The notes under the pieces were generated by a model. That model did no database searches. It worked only from the letters and a program-made list of their open reading frames with translations, and had not been told where the DNA came from. From positions 1-50,025 of IMG/VR virus record IMGVR_UViG_3300031716_000014: DNA of 50,025 nt. One strand, given 5' to 3'. Made by a program: the position numbers and the translations under genes. The DNA is from a virus (taxonomy: Duplodnaviria > Caudoviricetes). This document shows, in pieces, positions 36,128 to 44,914 of this stretch (positions are counted from its first letter, which is position 1; every line of letters starts with the position of its first letter).

Positions 36128-37620
36128 TCCCGTTCACTCCCTTCGCCGCTACCGCGCGGCAACTGAGCCTGATAGAAGTTGCGCCGGGCTTCCCGTTCCA
36201 GCTCTCGCGTGAAGAGCTGGGACAGAAGAGCACGCATCGCGGGATCGGTGCCCGCGACGGTTCCGGCCGCCGCATCGGCCGCCGCCTGAATCTGTTCGAG
36301 GCTCTGAAGCTGCACACTGAAGAGCCCCGAGTGACCACCGACCAGAGCCCCGAGATCGCCGGACGTGACGGCTTGAACCGCGACGTCGGGATCATAGCCC
36401 TGAGTGATCAACGCCGAGATCATGCTCACGCGGATCTGATCGATCTCGGCAAGATCCTTCTCGTCTTCCCTGAGGAAGGCGATATCCCGATCGTCGTACC
36501 AGAGCCGCGCGTCCGGGGGAGTGTTGACGAGATGGGCCATGGCAGCACAGAACGAGCGCCATTGCGGCCGTGCCCAGTGATCGCCGAACTTCCGGCGAGC
36601 CATGCCGTAGTTCGAGTACGTAGCTGATTGCAAGCCTTCGCTCAGGCCAACGATGATCGGGGGAACGCCACCGGCCGCACAGATCCGGGTCTCGCCCGCA
36701 CCCTGAGTTTCCTTGAAGGACATCTGTTCGAGGTTCGCGCCGACGACCCGCACGTCAGCGCCACCGGCAAGGAACAGGGTCTTGTACGCGTTCGTGACCC
36801 CCGCCTGATCGGCCTTGTACAGCTCGACGAAATCGTTGAACTCGTCTTGCGTGACCGACTCTTTGAAGCTCGCGACGAAGTTCGGTGTAGCCGCGTTCTC
36901 GAAGAACCGCGCCTTGTGCTCGGTCGCGGCCTTGTCCGCGTAGATCTCCGAGAGAACCGGCGTGATCCAACTCATCCCGAGATACATAGCGTCGGGGTCC
37001 GGGATCGGTGCCCAGTGCGCGAACTCGTTCGGTAGGTAGAACTGAGCCTTGCCGGTCGGCTCGCCGGGTAGACCAGTGAACCGGCCGCCGCCGGGTGTGT
37101 ACATGATCCCCGCGACGTCCGCCTTCGTGGCCACGGTCGGATCTTCGGTCAAGATCAACTGAGTCCAGTCCGGCCGAAGGCGACGGAACCGGGGACCCAG
37201 CGGACCGACCTCGCGCACGACGTAGAAGTTGCCGCCCATGCTGACGTCTTGCTCAGCGCGAGTCAGAAGATCGCCGGTCGTCCCGTCCGGCCACGGGGTT
37301 TCGAGAAGAAGAAGATCACGGTTCGAGAAGAGATCGGTCCCCCGTCCGTTCCGCATGCGCTGGAACAAGAACCGGGCTTCGCTGAAGAGCGCCATACGCG
37401 CGAGCACGACGGCGAAGACGGGACCGTTCGCCTTGTACGCGCCGTGAACGTAGCCCGTGAAGCTGGCATCGATCTCGTCTCGGGACCCGCCGGACGGGAA
37501 GCCGAAGATCGGGTACCGGATGCCCCCGAAACCGAAGAAGTCGGGATCGGTCAGCTTGTTTCGTTCGAGGTCGGTTCCTGGCTTCGCCGTCGCTCCCCTG
37601 AGCGCTCGCCAGAGCTTCAC
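36124..37620 (-). CDS. Portal protein
   Basis: GNFYV, GMSWI, FFENAATP, ICAAGGVPP..VG, TYSN; position after terminase. Confidence 0.9.
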   Translation of the reverse strand: MKLWRALRGATAKPGTDLERNKLTDPDFFGFGGIRYPIFGFPSGGSRDEIDASFTGYVHGAYKANGPVFAVVLARMALFSEARFLFQRMRNGRGTDLFSNRDLLLLETPWPDGTTGDLLTRAEQDVSMGGNFYVVREVGPLGPRFRRLRPDWTQLILTEDPTVATKADVAGIMYTPGGGRFTGLPGEPTGKAQFYLPNEFAHWAPIPDPDAMYLGMSWITPVLSEIYADKAATEHKARFFENAATPNFVASFKESVTQDEFNDFVELYKADQAGVTNAYKTLFLAGGADVRVVGANLEQMSFKETQGAGETRICAAGGVPPIIVGLSEGLQSATYSNYGMARRKFGDHWARPQWRSFCAAMAHLVNTPPDARLWYDDRDIAFLREDEKDLAEIDQIRVSMISALITQGYDPDVAVQAVTSGDLGALVGGHSGLFSVQLQSLEQIQAAADAAAGTVAGTDPAMRALLSQLFTRELEREARRNFYQAQLPRGSGEGSERE

Positions 37621-37781
37621 GCTTCACGCTCCCGATCTTCGACGTCGATCACAAACAAGATCGTGACGCCCAGGGCAGCACCACACGCGATCATGCCCCA
37701 CGGACCGGTAAGCCACACGAGACCGGCCGTGATCAAAGTGAACGCGACTATCAGGCAGGCTACAGCCTCACGTCTGGTCAT
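37617..37781 (-). CDS. Small two-TM protein between terminase and portal (not in ORF track)
   Basis: RBS gagggga; MTRREAVACLIVAF...; GTGA overlap with portal. Confidence 0.6.
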   Translation of the reverse strand: MTRREAVACLIVAFTLITAGLVWLTGPWGMIACGAALGVTILFVIDVEDREREA

Positions 37782-37793
37782 GTATTCCCCTCA

Positions 37794-39230
37794 TTAGACC
37801 CACGCCGCACGCGGGGGCGACCCCTTGCGCTTCCGAGCGAAGGCGACGTACCCCCACATCGCGAGCGTGATCGAGACAACCGGGCTGATGTCCGCCGTCG
37901 CGTCCTTCCGAGCCCATGCCCAACCGTCCCCGAGTTCGCGCTTGCGCGCGTTCGCGATCGAGAGGTTCAGTGCCGGGTGTGGTGCGAACCGGCCGGTCGG
38001 GCTGTGATCCGGCTCGGACCGACAGTGATCATAGAACTGACCGCACGCTGTGACCATTTCGGGTGCCGACACGCGATAGACCTCGATCCCCTTGTCTTCG
38101 AGCTTGGTCACTTCGGTGTTCGCCGGACTGTTCCCGTTGACCAGGATCTTGATAGGCCGGTGCTTGCGCTTCAGATCGATGATCCGGTCTACCAGCCACC
38201 ACGGGTGACCGGTCCGGTTCTCGATCAACTCGGCTTGAACCAGGTCACCCGGAAGGCCACCGGCGACGGCGATCGAGGTATGGACCCGTTCGTTGTCCAT
38301 GTCGAAGGCGATCACCAACGGTGCCGGGATCGCGGCTTTGTTCTGGAGTTGAGCCCACACCCTCATGTCGATCACGGTCGAGCCGGTGACGTCTTCCTCG
38401 ATCCCGAGCCGCTCACGCGCGTACTCGACTTCGTCCATCGCGTCGCGCTCGGTCTCACAGAATTCCGTACTCAGCCGGATACCTAGACCGGGGTTCGCCA
38501 TGGCGAGCGCTTCGGGGTCGTCGAGGCTCATGTCACGTCGGGCCGACCACTCGTTATAGGCCAGACGGCGAGCCGGTTCGTCCGACCGGCCGCGAGCGAC
38601 GATCTTCCGTAGCTGATCGGAATCCCGAAGCGGCGCTGAGCTGAAGTACCAGATCTGAGGGTTCGGCCGCGCGCTCAGGGTCGGCAGCATGGCCGCGACC
38701 GATGCTGAGCTGAGTTCATACGCTTCGTCGAGAAAAAGATCGTCAGCCGAGAAGCCTCGACCCGAGCCACGCGTTCGCGCCATGAATCGGAGTCTTGCCC
38801 CATTCCGTAGCTCGATCCCTTCTTCGCCGTGCGCCTCCGTGATCTTCTTCACCTTGCGGCGAAGGTCGTCGGTGTTGTCGATCACGAACTTGATCCGGCG
38901 GAAACCTTCGGCCGCCGTCTTGAACTCGTGTGCCGAGTGAAGAAGAAGATTCGAGCCGAATACATACAGCCCGGCAAGCTCGCGGGCTTCGATGATCGTT
39001 CCCTTGCCGTTCTGTCTCGGAACGATCGTCGCGACCTCGAAGGCCGCCCACCGGCCGCCGGGAAGCTCGCCGCATCCGTCTTCGAGAACGATCTTTTGCC
39101 ACGGGTCGAGAGTCTGTCCGCTCGACTCGTACAGCTCGATCGCGTCGAGCCCGCCGGATGTGGCGTACGCCGGAACCTTACTGACGCGCGGAGTCTGCGA
39201 CCCGAGCAGCCCGACGTTTTGCCAACTCAT
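37794..39230 (-). CDS. terL: Terminase large subunit
   Basis: LDPWQ, VPRQNGKG, GRGFSAD.LFLDEA, ANPGLG, RERLG, IAFD, DISP. Confidence 0.93.
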   Translation of the reverse strand: MSWQNVGLLGSQTPRVSKVPAYATSGGLDAIELYESSGQTLDPWQKIVLEDGCGELPGGRWAAFEVATIVPRQNGKGTIIEARELAGLYVFGSNLLLHSAHEFKTAAEGFRRIKFVIDNTDDLRRKVKKITEAHGEEGIELRNGARLRFMARTRGSGRGFSADDLFLDEAYELSSASVAAMLPTLSARPNPQIWYFSSAPLRDSDQLRKIVARGRSDEPARRLAYNEWSARRDMSLDDPEALAMANPGLGIRLSTEFCETERDAMDEVEYARERLGIEEDVTGSTVIDMRVWAQLQNKAAIPAPLVIAFDMDNERVHTSIAVAGGLPGDLVQAELIENRTGHPWWLVDRIIDLKRKHRPIKILVNGNSPANTEVTKLEDKGIEVYRVSAPEMVTACGQFYDHCRSEPDHSPTGRFAPHPALNLSIANARKRELGDGWAWARKDATADISPVVSITLAMWGYVAFARKRKGSPPRAAWV

Positions 39231-39402
39231 CCGACTTCCGACCTTCCTCAGGCTTCGGGTTCACGCTCTGAAGCGCCTCGATTCGATCAAGGCAGTCGAG
39301 ATACGCCTTCGCGATCGGTGCCGTGTCGCGCGTGCTCGCTTCCTTCAGCCGACCGAGAAGAAGATCCCTTAGGTCTTCGACTTGCTCACGATATGTAGCC
39401 AC
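39178..39402 (-). CDS. Terminase small subunit (putative)
   Basis: Overlaps terL start; RD.APIA...DELAKRRAAR. Confidence 0.7.
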   Translation of the reverse strand: MATYREQVEDLRDLLLGRLKEASTRDTAPIAKAYLDCLDRIEALQSVNPKPEEGRKSDELAKRRAARVADSARQ

Positions 39403-39496
39403 CTGAGTTCATCCCAACGCCCGCCGGTGATCTCCGTTGCCCGCATGCTACCGCCTGACCTCGATCGGCTCTTCTGAATGTGACGGACAGTCACAT

Positions 39497-39695
39497 AGCC
39501 CTGTATGGCCCTGAGAGCCACGCTGACGGCTTTGACCCCCTGTCAGGTACGCTCTATCCAACCCCTTCGAGTTCGTCGTTTCCGCTGGTCATCAGGGGTG
39601 CGAGTCGGCCGCGAGTGAGCATCAAAAAACCGGCCCTGTACATGAGCCCCTGAAGCGCGTCACAGGGGGTTATGTACTCAGCCGGTTCTTTGATC
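39497..39695 (+). repeat. Dispersed intergenic repeat, copy D
   Basis: ccctgtatggccctgagagccacgctga...ggtac..ctatcc...ttcgtcgtttccgctggtcatcagggg...tacatgagccc; preceded by gtgac ggaca gtcac (39480-39494). Confidence 0.85.
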
Positions 39696-39743
39696 GTGCT
39701 AGGCGTGTCCAGCGCCACCGCTCAGGGTAGCGGATCGTGACGG

Positions 39744-40268
39744 TTACCCGATGCGGACGCGGTACGACGTGTAGGTGATCCACGCGACGACGGTTCCGTC
39801 AGCGTCGCGGACGTAGATCGTATCCCCGCCGTTGTTCAGGTAGTGCTTGAAGTTCCGGTAGATCGCGGCCGTGTTGTTCGTCGGGGTCGTGTCCGTTCCC
39901 GACCCGCTGTAGACGTAGACCTGTCCACCGACCGGGATCACGAAGCGAGCCGGGGTCCCGACCTTGAACGGCGAGCCGGTCGGAAGATCAGTCGCGCGGA
40001 AGGTATACCGGTTGCCCCAGTCTCCCCCGGCAGTCTGGTACGAGTCGTGCAAGATCCAGCCCTCGACGTCGAGCGCCGCACCCGAGACGTTGAGCAGACG
40101 AACGAACTCGGCGTTCCGGTTCGCGCTGGTGTCCTTGCCGGGAGCGTTGAACCCGTACTCGCTGATCTTGACTTTGCCGACGTTGGTCGGGTCGGCGAAC
40201 GCGGCCGACGCTCCCAGTCCGAGAACGATCACACATACCGTGATGATCCCCGCGATGATCCGCTTCAC
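39744..40268 (-). CDS. Secreted lamin-tail-domain protein
   Basis: Signal peptide; VKISE...N.PG.D...NAEFVRLLN.S...DVEGWILHD...V.VYSGSG...LNNGGDTIYVRD. Confidence 0.8.
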   Translation of the reverse strand: MKRIIAGIITVCVIVLGLGASAAFADPTNVGKVKISEYGFNAPGKDTSANRNAEFVRLLNVSGAALDVEGWILHDSYQTAGGDWGNRYTFRATDLPTGSPFKVGTPARFVIPVGGQVYVYSGSGTDTTPTNNTAAIYRNFKHYLNNGGDTIYVRDADGTVVAWITYTSYRVRIG

Positions 40269-40603
40269 TGATGATCTCCTGTCCACTGCATCGCATCCCC
40301 CCAGTAGAAGGGATCTTCTTCTGTCCGGTGCCGTTCGAGAATATACGCGTTGTGCTTGATCGCTTCGTCGATCGCGCGAGCCATCCGAGCCGGTGAGAAG
40401 TCGGCCGCCGGTTCGGGCTCGGTCACGGCAGCGTCCCACGTCGCCGAAGGGATCATCGGGGGCCGTTCACATCCGGAAGGGCAATGCCGGGGACCTTCGA
40501 TGTACTGAGGATTGTTCGGGCCGTCCGCCCACGTGGTCACCTCGATCATCTCGATCTCGATTTGCCTTCCGCACGTCGGACACGCGCCCCCGAGTCTGAT
40601 CAC
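40265..40603 (-). CDS. Hypothetical protein (CPTC...CPSGC)
   Basis: GTGA overlaps on both sides. Confidence 0.55.
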   Translation of the reverse strand: MIRLGGACPTCGRQIEIEMIEVTTWADGPNNPQYIEGPRHCPSGCERPPMIPSATWDAAVTEPEPAADFSPARMARAIDEAIKHNAYILERHRTEEDPFYWGDAMQWTGDHQ

Positions 40604-41121
40604 TCGACACGTCCTCTCAATATCTCGATCTTGGCTTCGACCATCTCGCCGTACGTCTTCGAGGGTGCCCACAAGCCCCCCAGATCCCTCACGAAGGCCG
40701 CGCGGCCGAAGTTGGGGGTACCGGGCTGGATATACACGGCTCGGGGGTCGTTGGTGGTTCTCGGGTCCACCGGGAACCCGGCGTACAGGCGAAGGTGGTC
40801 GGCATGCGCGAAGGCACCGATGATCGGGTATCCGTCCGGGCTGAGACCGAAGTCCGCGTGATCTTCCTTCCGGTCGCCGTGCGGGTTCCTGATCTTCAGG
40901 CCGCATGTGTTGCCCATGTCCGGCGTGACCGCGCCCCCGAAGTTTCCCCATCCGGTCTCATGCGCGCACTGACCCGCGAGTACGGCCGGATCGACCCCGT
41001 CCGCTATGCCCGCGTCCCAGAGCGCGACCAGCGCCTTTCGGAACCACGCTGAGGCTCGCGCCGGTGTGTTCGCGATCAACATCGTGAACGGGACGCTCGG
41101 ACCGTTCATGATCGGAATCAT
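40600..41121 (-). CDS. Glucosaminidase-like (GH73/lysozyme-like) cell-wall hydrolase
   Basis: AGQCAHETGWG.F, N.CGLK, L.G.WAP..YG. Confidence 0.75.
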   Translation of the reverse strand: MIPIMNGPSVPFTMLIANTPARASAWFRKALVALWDAGIADGVDPAVLAGQCAHETGWGNFGGAVTPDMGNTCGLKIRNPHGDRKEDHADFGLSPDGYPIIGAFAHADHLRLYAGFPVDPRTTNDPRAVYIQPGTPNFGRAAFVRDLGGLWAPSKTYGEMVEAKIEILRGRVE

Positions 41122-41945
41122 CGGAGTCCCTTCACGGTCGCCCATGCCTTCATGGACGCCCAGAGCTGAAGATCGGCAGCACTCGGCTTGTCCGGTGCCG
41201 GGGTCGGGGGTGCCGGGTCGAGCGGAACGAATTGGGTCACGTCGCCCTGTTCCCCGAGAAGCCGGGTCATGGTCACGTCCGAGATCGTGAACCGGCCGTT
41301 GATCCCCCATCCCGAGCCCCACGAGTTCTGTGCGAGGAACATGATCGACGATCCGGTGACCTTCGCCCCATAGATCATGAACTCATGACCCCCGGCGATC
41401 TCGGCACCCTTCGATATCGTCACTTCACCTTCGGGACTCGGGTTGAACATGGAGTCGTACCAGTTCACGCCGACGATCACCGGCGCTAGCTGAATCGACT
41501 TCACGAACGCCTCGAAGCTGAACGCGTGAAGGTACCCCTTGATGAACCCGTGCTTGTGAGCCGCCTTCGCACCCCCGAGCCCTGAAGAGCCCGTGTCGGT
41601 GCCGGTGCCGTCCGTGTACCACGTGCCGGGGAACTCGTCTTCCTGAGTCGCCCATGAGTAGAACTGGAACGCCTGAGCGTTGGTCATGACGGCCGTCGCC
41701 TGAGCGTCGCTGAGCGCTCGATACAGGGGACCGGACCCAACGGCCGCATCGGTGGCGAAGCCGACGCACGCGCCGACCGCGCCTTGATCGAGAACGGGAA
41801 CGTAAACGTCCCACTGTCCCGAGATGATCGAGAGGTCTCGAACCTGATCGTCGAGCGAGAACGCTCGGGACCGGGGGTCGTGCTCGACGTGCCGACCGAG
41901 AGGGAACTCATTGAACGGGTTCGGCATGATCTCGTTCGTGATCAC
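41118..41945 (-). CDS. Papain-like (C1) cysteine peptidase
   Basis: DQGAVGACVGFA, GGHEF, QNSWGSGWG.NG.F. Confidence 0.85.
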   Translation of the reverse strand: MITNEIMPNPFNEFPLGRHVEHDPRSRAFSLDDQVRDLSIISGQWDVYVPVLDQGAVGACVGFATDAAVGSGPLYRALSDAQATAVMTNAQAFQFYSWATQEDEFPGTWYTDGTGTDTGSSGLGGAKAAHKHGFIKGYLHAFSFEAFVKSIQLAPVIVGVNWYDSMFNPSPEGEVTISKGAEIAGGHEFMIYGAKVTGSSIMFLAQNSWGSGWGINGRFTISDVTMTRLLGEQGDVTQFVPLDPAPPTPAPDKPSAADLQLWASMKAWATVKGLR

Positions 41946-42241
41946 CTGATGATCTCCTTCACCTTGTCCTGATCGTGGATCTTTAGCCACCGTTCGAGAA
42001 GCTGGTTCACGAAGCGCTCACACATCGAAGCTTCGCTGACTGACGTCGTGTCACGCCACCGGCGACGAACTTCTATGATCTTGCCTTCGATGATGACCAG
42101 GTTCGGGTTTTTGGATCTTGCCCCTGACCTGCGCAAACGCCCTACCTCCCTTGGGGCTGATCTTCGGGGAGAGAAAAGAAAGAGAGCCGGGGTCTTCCTG
42201 CCGTACCAGTCAGCCACGATTCCGACCCCCACCCCCCGCCT

Positions 42242-42550
42242 TCACCACTCACGAGATGACCAAGCTTCAGCTTGTGACTCGCGTCCGGCCTTCGAGTTGC
42301 AACGTCGGTGTTCGAGCTGAAGGTTCGCGGGATCGTACGGCGCACCACCGAACTGAAGATCGATGATGTGACCGACTGATCTCGATCGAGGATGATTGGG
42401 GTTGTAGTCAGGTGAGTTCTTGTCGTTGTACTTCGCCTGATCTACGTACTCACCACATCGACCACACAGTGAGCCAGGTCTTGACCAGACTTCACGCTGT
42501 GCGTTCCACCACTTGCGACCTCGACAGTAGATCTTGTGTAGATCGCTCAT
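42242..42550 (-). CDS. HNH endonuclease (packaging-associated type)
   Basis: CGRCG, SVGHII....GG..DPANLQLEHRRCNSKAG. Confidence 0.85.
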   Translation of the reverse strand: MSDLHKIYCRGRKWWNAQREVWSRPGSLCGRCGEYVDQAKYNDKNSPDYNPNHPRSRSVGHIIDLQFGGAPYDPANLQLEHRRCNSKAGRESQAEAWSSREW

Positions 42551-42809
42551 GCTCTTCTACCTCAACCATGATCAGGTGGATAGCCAGAGCAGAGAGCGCA
42601 CCAATGAGAGCGACTGATGATGCTCTGTGCCATGGCTTCCTAGGCTGGATACCCAGTGCCCACCGTAGGTGTGCCGAGAGGGTAGCCCCTGAAGGTGAGC
42701 CCTCCCTGAGCGCAACCCCCTCGATCACACCGAACCCCGTCACAGTCACCACACCCCATGTGATCCATGCCCGTGTGATGTGCCGTGCCCTGTCTTCGTT
42801 GGTACCCAC
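42492..42809 (-). CDS. Membrane protein
   Basis: AW..W...F..IE..AL...TLSAHLR..LG; resembles 20160..20411. Confidence 0.55.
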   Translation of the reverse strand: MGTNEDRARHITRAWITWGVVTVTGFGVIEGVALREGSPSGATLSAHLRWALGIQPRKPWHRASSVALIGALSALAIHLIMVEVEEHERSTQDLLSRSQVVERTA

Positions 42810-42816
42810 CTGAGTA

Positions 42817-42996
42817 CTACTCGGCAGACGGTGAAGCCTTGCCCACGATCTCGGAGACCCAGAGCCACGGAAGCCCGCCGATCACCGCGAAGGCGATCAT
42901 GCCCATGACGTCGCCCTGACCGAAGACGGCCGAAGCCGCACACCCGAGCCAGAACAGAGCCCACACACCGAGAACGATCATGACGAGTGCGCGCAT
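42817..42996 (-). CDS. Small two-TM protein (not in ORF track)
   Basis: RBS ggaagggg; MRALVMIVLGVWALFWLG... Confidence 0.55.
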   Translation of the reverse strand: MRALVMIVLGVWALFWLGCAASAVFGQGDVMGMIAFAVIGGLPWLWVSEIVGKASPSAE

Positions 42997-43041
42997 GCTG
43001 AACCCCTTCCTTCCCGGTATCGGTTGTGTAACGATGCCGGG

Positions 43042-43070
43042 TTGCCTGTTGACTATGGGTCAAGCATACT
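43042..43070 (+). promoter_or_regulatory. Leaderless promoter of the HTH gene with operator TTGAC-TATGG-GTCAA in the spacer
   Basis: TTGCCT-17bp-CATACT-6nt-ATG; palindrome at 43049-43063. Confidence 0.65.
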
Positions 43071-43076
43071 GAGTCC

Positions 43077-43361
43077 ATGAGCGCACGCAAGATGACCAAC
43101 AGAGAGTTCGGTACGCGCGTCGGGTGTGACCCGTCGTTCGCGTCGTACCTTCGGTCGGGCAAGCGGATGCCGGGGACCGATCTCTTCATTGAGATCATCC
43201 TTGCGTTCGAGCTGGACCCGATCGAAGCCATGGACGCGTACCGCGAGGGAACCGAAGGGTTCAGCGCGTATCTCCGTCGTACCGTGTTCGAGGTCGAGGT
43301 ACCGGAAGGTACCGATACCGAGCGCGGTACCGAGAACGCCGGTACTGATCAGGTAGGGTGA
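43077..43361 (+). CDS. XRE-family HTH repressor candidate
   Basis: MTNREFGTRVGCDPSFASYLRSGKRMPG; only plus-strand gene in this arm. Confidence 0.8.
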   Translation: MSARKMTNREFGTRVGCDPSFASYLRSGKRMPGTDLFIEIILAFELDPIEAMDAYREGTEGFSAYLRRTVFEVEVPEGTDTERGTENAGTDQVG

Positions 43362-43394
43362 CGTACGCCGAACCCCGCCATGTCCGGCACACAA

Positions 43395-43436
43395 AGAAGG
43401 ACCCGAGCGCTCCCCCGTTGCGCTCGGGTCCTTCTG
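43395..43436. terminator. Bidirectional terminator
   Basis: agaaggacccgagcgc...gcgctcgggtccttct. Confidence 0.75.
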
Positions 43437-43446
43437 TCTTTCCTGG

Positions 43447-43551
43447 TCAGTCCTGGTCGCCGTCGTCTTCGTCGAGGTACTGAGCCTGATCGAGTATCGA
43501 GCTGAGCGGACGATCCGGCCCGAACACGATCGCGTCAGGAGACCTCAGCAT
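43447..43551 (-). CDS. Tiny acidic peptide (SPD..FGPDRP motif)
   Basis: MLRSPDAIVFGPDRPLSSILDQAQYLDEDDGDQD. Confidence 0.4.
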   Translation of the reverse strand: MLRSPDAIVFGPDRPLSSILDQAQYLDEDDGDQD

Positions 43552-43555
43552 CCGA

Positions 43556-43690
43556 TCACCCGGCATAGTCGGGGGACTCATTGTCGATCACCCATTTCGC
43601 GTACTCGATCTCGTCCCATTCGTCACCTTCCCGAACCGGCCGGTCAGGGCCGAAGCACCGATCAGGCGACGGGATCAATCGTGGTGCCAT
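43556..43690 (-). CDS. Tiny acidic peptide (SPD..FGPDRP motif)
   Basis: RBS ggagg; MAPRLIPSPDRCFGPDRPVREGDEWDEIEYAKW... Confidence 0.45.
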   Translation of the reverse strand: MAPRLIPSPDRCFGPDRPVREGDEWDEIEYAKWVIDNESPDYAG

Positions 43691-43895
43691 GTGCGGTACC
43701 TCCTTCCGGTACGTCCGGTTCCGCGATCAGGTACCGCATGGTACGGGTCTGTTCGAGCCTGGTACCGGCCGGAAGCCGTTCCCATGGGATCGACCGGCCG
43801 ACCAGATCGAGTACGTCGCGTTCGAGCCGTACCTGAGTCGTGTCGTCCGGTACGTCGAGTACCAGCGTCACGCGTACACCCTTCCGGACGCTCAT
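43662..43895 (-). CDS. Hypothetical protein (GTAC-dense)
   Basis: ATGA overlap with upstream gene. Confidence 0.5.
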   Translation of the reverse strand: MSVRKGVRVTLVLDVPDDTTQVRLERDVLDLVGRSIPWERLPAGTRLEQTRTMRYLIAEPDVPEGGTAHGTTIDPVA

Positions 43896-44218
43896 ATGTC
43901 GATCACCGGCCGCATGGGCAGATCCTTGACGAGAGCCTGGAACAAGGCCGTGTTCCTGAGCCAGTAGCGCGGATCTTGCGCGACCATGCTCAGCACGTCG
44001 CGAAGCTCGCCGGTGCCGTCGTCGGCAAGAACGCCTTCGTTGGTCTGGCACTCGACGATCGTGATCAATGCCTGAGACCTGTTCATGAGCCACCGCGCGG
44101 CCTTGCGCCGGTGCTCGATATCCATGTCTGCGATCTTCAGCGTTGGACCCGGCTCGCCGTTTCTGGGACCGGCCGTGATCCAGATTTCGCCTTGATCGAG
44201 GTACGCGCGAAGGTCCAT
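43892..44218 (-). CDS. Hypothetical phage protein
   Basis: IADMD..HR..AARWL...WL..T.L.QAL. Confidence 0.65.
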   Translation of the reverse strand: MDLRAYLDQGEIWITAGPRNGEPGPTLKIADMDIEHRRKAARWLMNRSQALITIVECQTNEGVLADDGTGELRDVLSMVAQDPRYWLRNTALFQALVKDLPMRPVIDI

Positions 44219-44227
44219 GAGCCCGGC

Positions 44228-44527
44228 TCAGTTCATACCGGACGAAGAGACGGCCGCGACCTCGATCGCTGCCATGACGGCCGCCGCGAGGTCGTACAGG
44301 TCATGCTCGTTCAGGCCGTAGTCCGTGACCTTGATCTCGGACTCGGGAACGAACTCTTCGTTCCGGTAGCTCTCGCCGGGGTCGCCGTGCGACACGACCC
44401 GGAAGGCGAACATGACACCGTCCGGCGTCGGGATCGGGACGATCGCGGTCCGGTGCATGCACTGGACATCGTTCGGGATCTTGCGGTTCAGAGCGTTCTC
44501 GGCATCTTCAGGCCGCATGCGAGTCAT
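44228..44527 (-). CDS. Hypothetical protein
   Basis: RBS gagagaag. Confidence 0.55.
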   Translation of the reverse strand: MTRMRPEDAENALNRKIPNDVQCMHRTAIVPIPTPDGVMFAFRVVSHGDPGESYRNEEFVPESEIKVTDYGLNEHDLYDLAAAVMAAIEVAAVSSSGMN

Positions 44528-44619
44528 GATCGTCTTCTCTCTGTGTGAGGATTTGGTACGGAGCGAGCACGGTCGCCCGTGGTCTCGCCGTGCTCGCTCC
44601 GTGGCTTGTGTCGAGCTGG

Positions 44620-44796
44620 TCACTTGAACAGGGTTGACCAGAAGATCCCTAGTGCGTCCTTCATGTCGCTGAGCGTCTTCCCGATGCCCGATGCCGCTTC
44701 ACCGGCGTTCGCCGGGTTGTCGAGGAACCATGCGCCGAAGCTGTACAGCACGAAGGCGATCACTAGGAACCAGAAGATCGCCTTCAGCTTCCCCAT
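44620..44796 (-). CDS. Small membrane protein (not in ORF track)
   Basis: RBS aggagaagga; MGKLKAIFWFLVIAFVLYSFGAWFLDNPANAGEAA... Confidence 0.6.
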   Translation of the reverse strand: MGKLKAIFWFLVIAFVLYSFGAWFLDNPANAGEAASGIGKTLSDMKDALGIFWSTLFK

Positions 44797-44806
44797 GATC
44801 CTTCTC

Positions 44807-44914
44807 CTAGTTCTTGTGCTCGGTCTGTCCCGAAGGCGAACGCCGGTCGATCGAGTCGGCCGGTGTCCGCCTGGTCGAGGTCTTGACTTTCTTGATCCTT
44901 ACTTGCTTCGCCAT
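44807..44914 (-). CDS. Tiny basic peptide
   Basis: TGATG overlap; MAKQVRIKKVKTSTRR... Confidence 0.4.
   Translation of the reverse strand: MAKQVRIKKVKTSTRRTPADSIDRRSPSGQTEHKN

Noticed and set aside
9036-39695. Dispersed repeats or GTAC clusters as a CRISPR array
   Set aside because: No regular repeat-spacer periodicity and no cas operon; the 5322 nuclease is a typical phage exonuclease
41942-42232. 96-aa ORF upstream of the C1 peptidase
   Set aside because: Its 5' half spans the low-complexity putative cos region and has no RBS; only a short 3' part may be real
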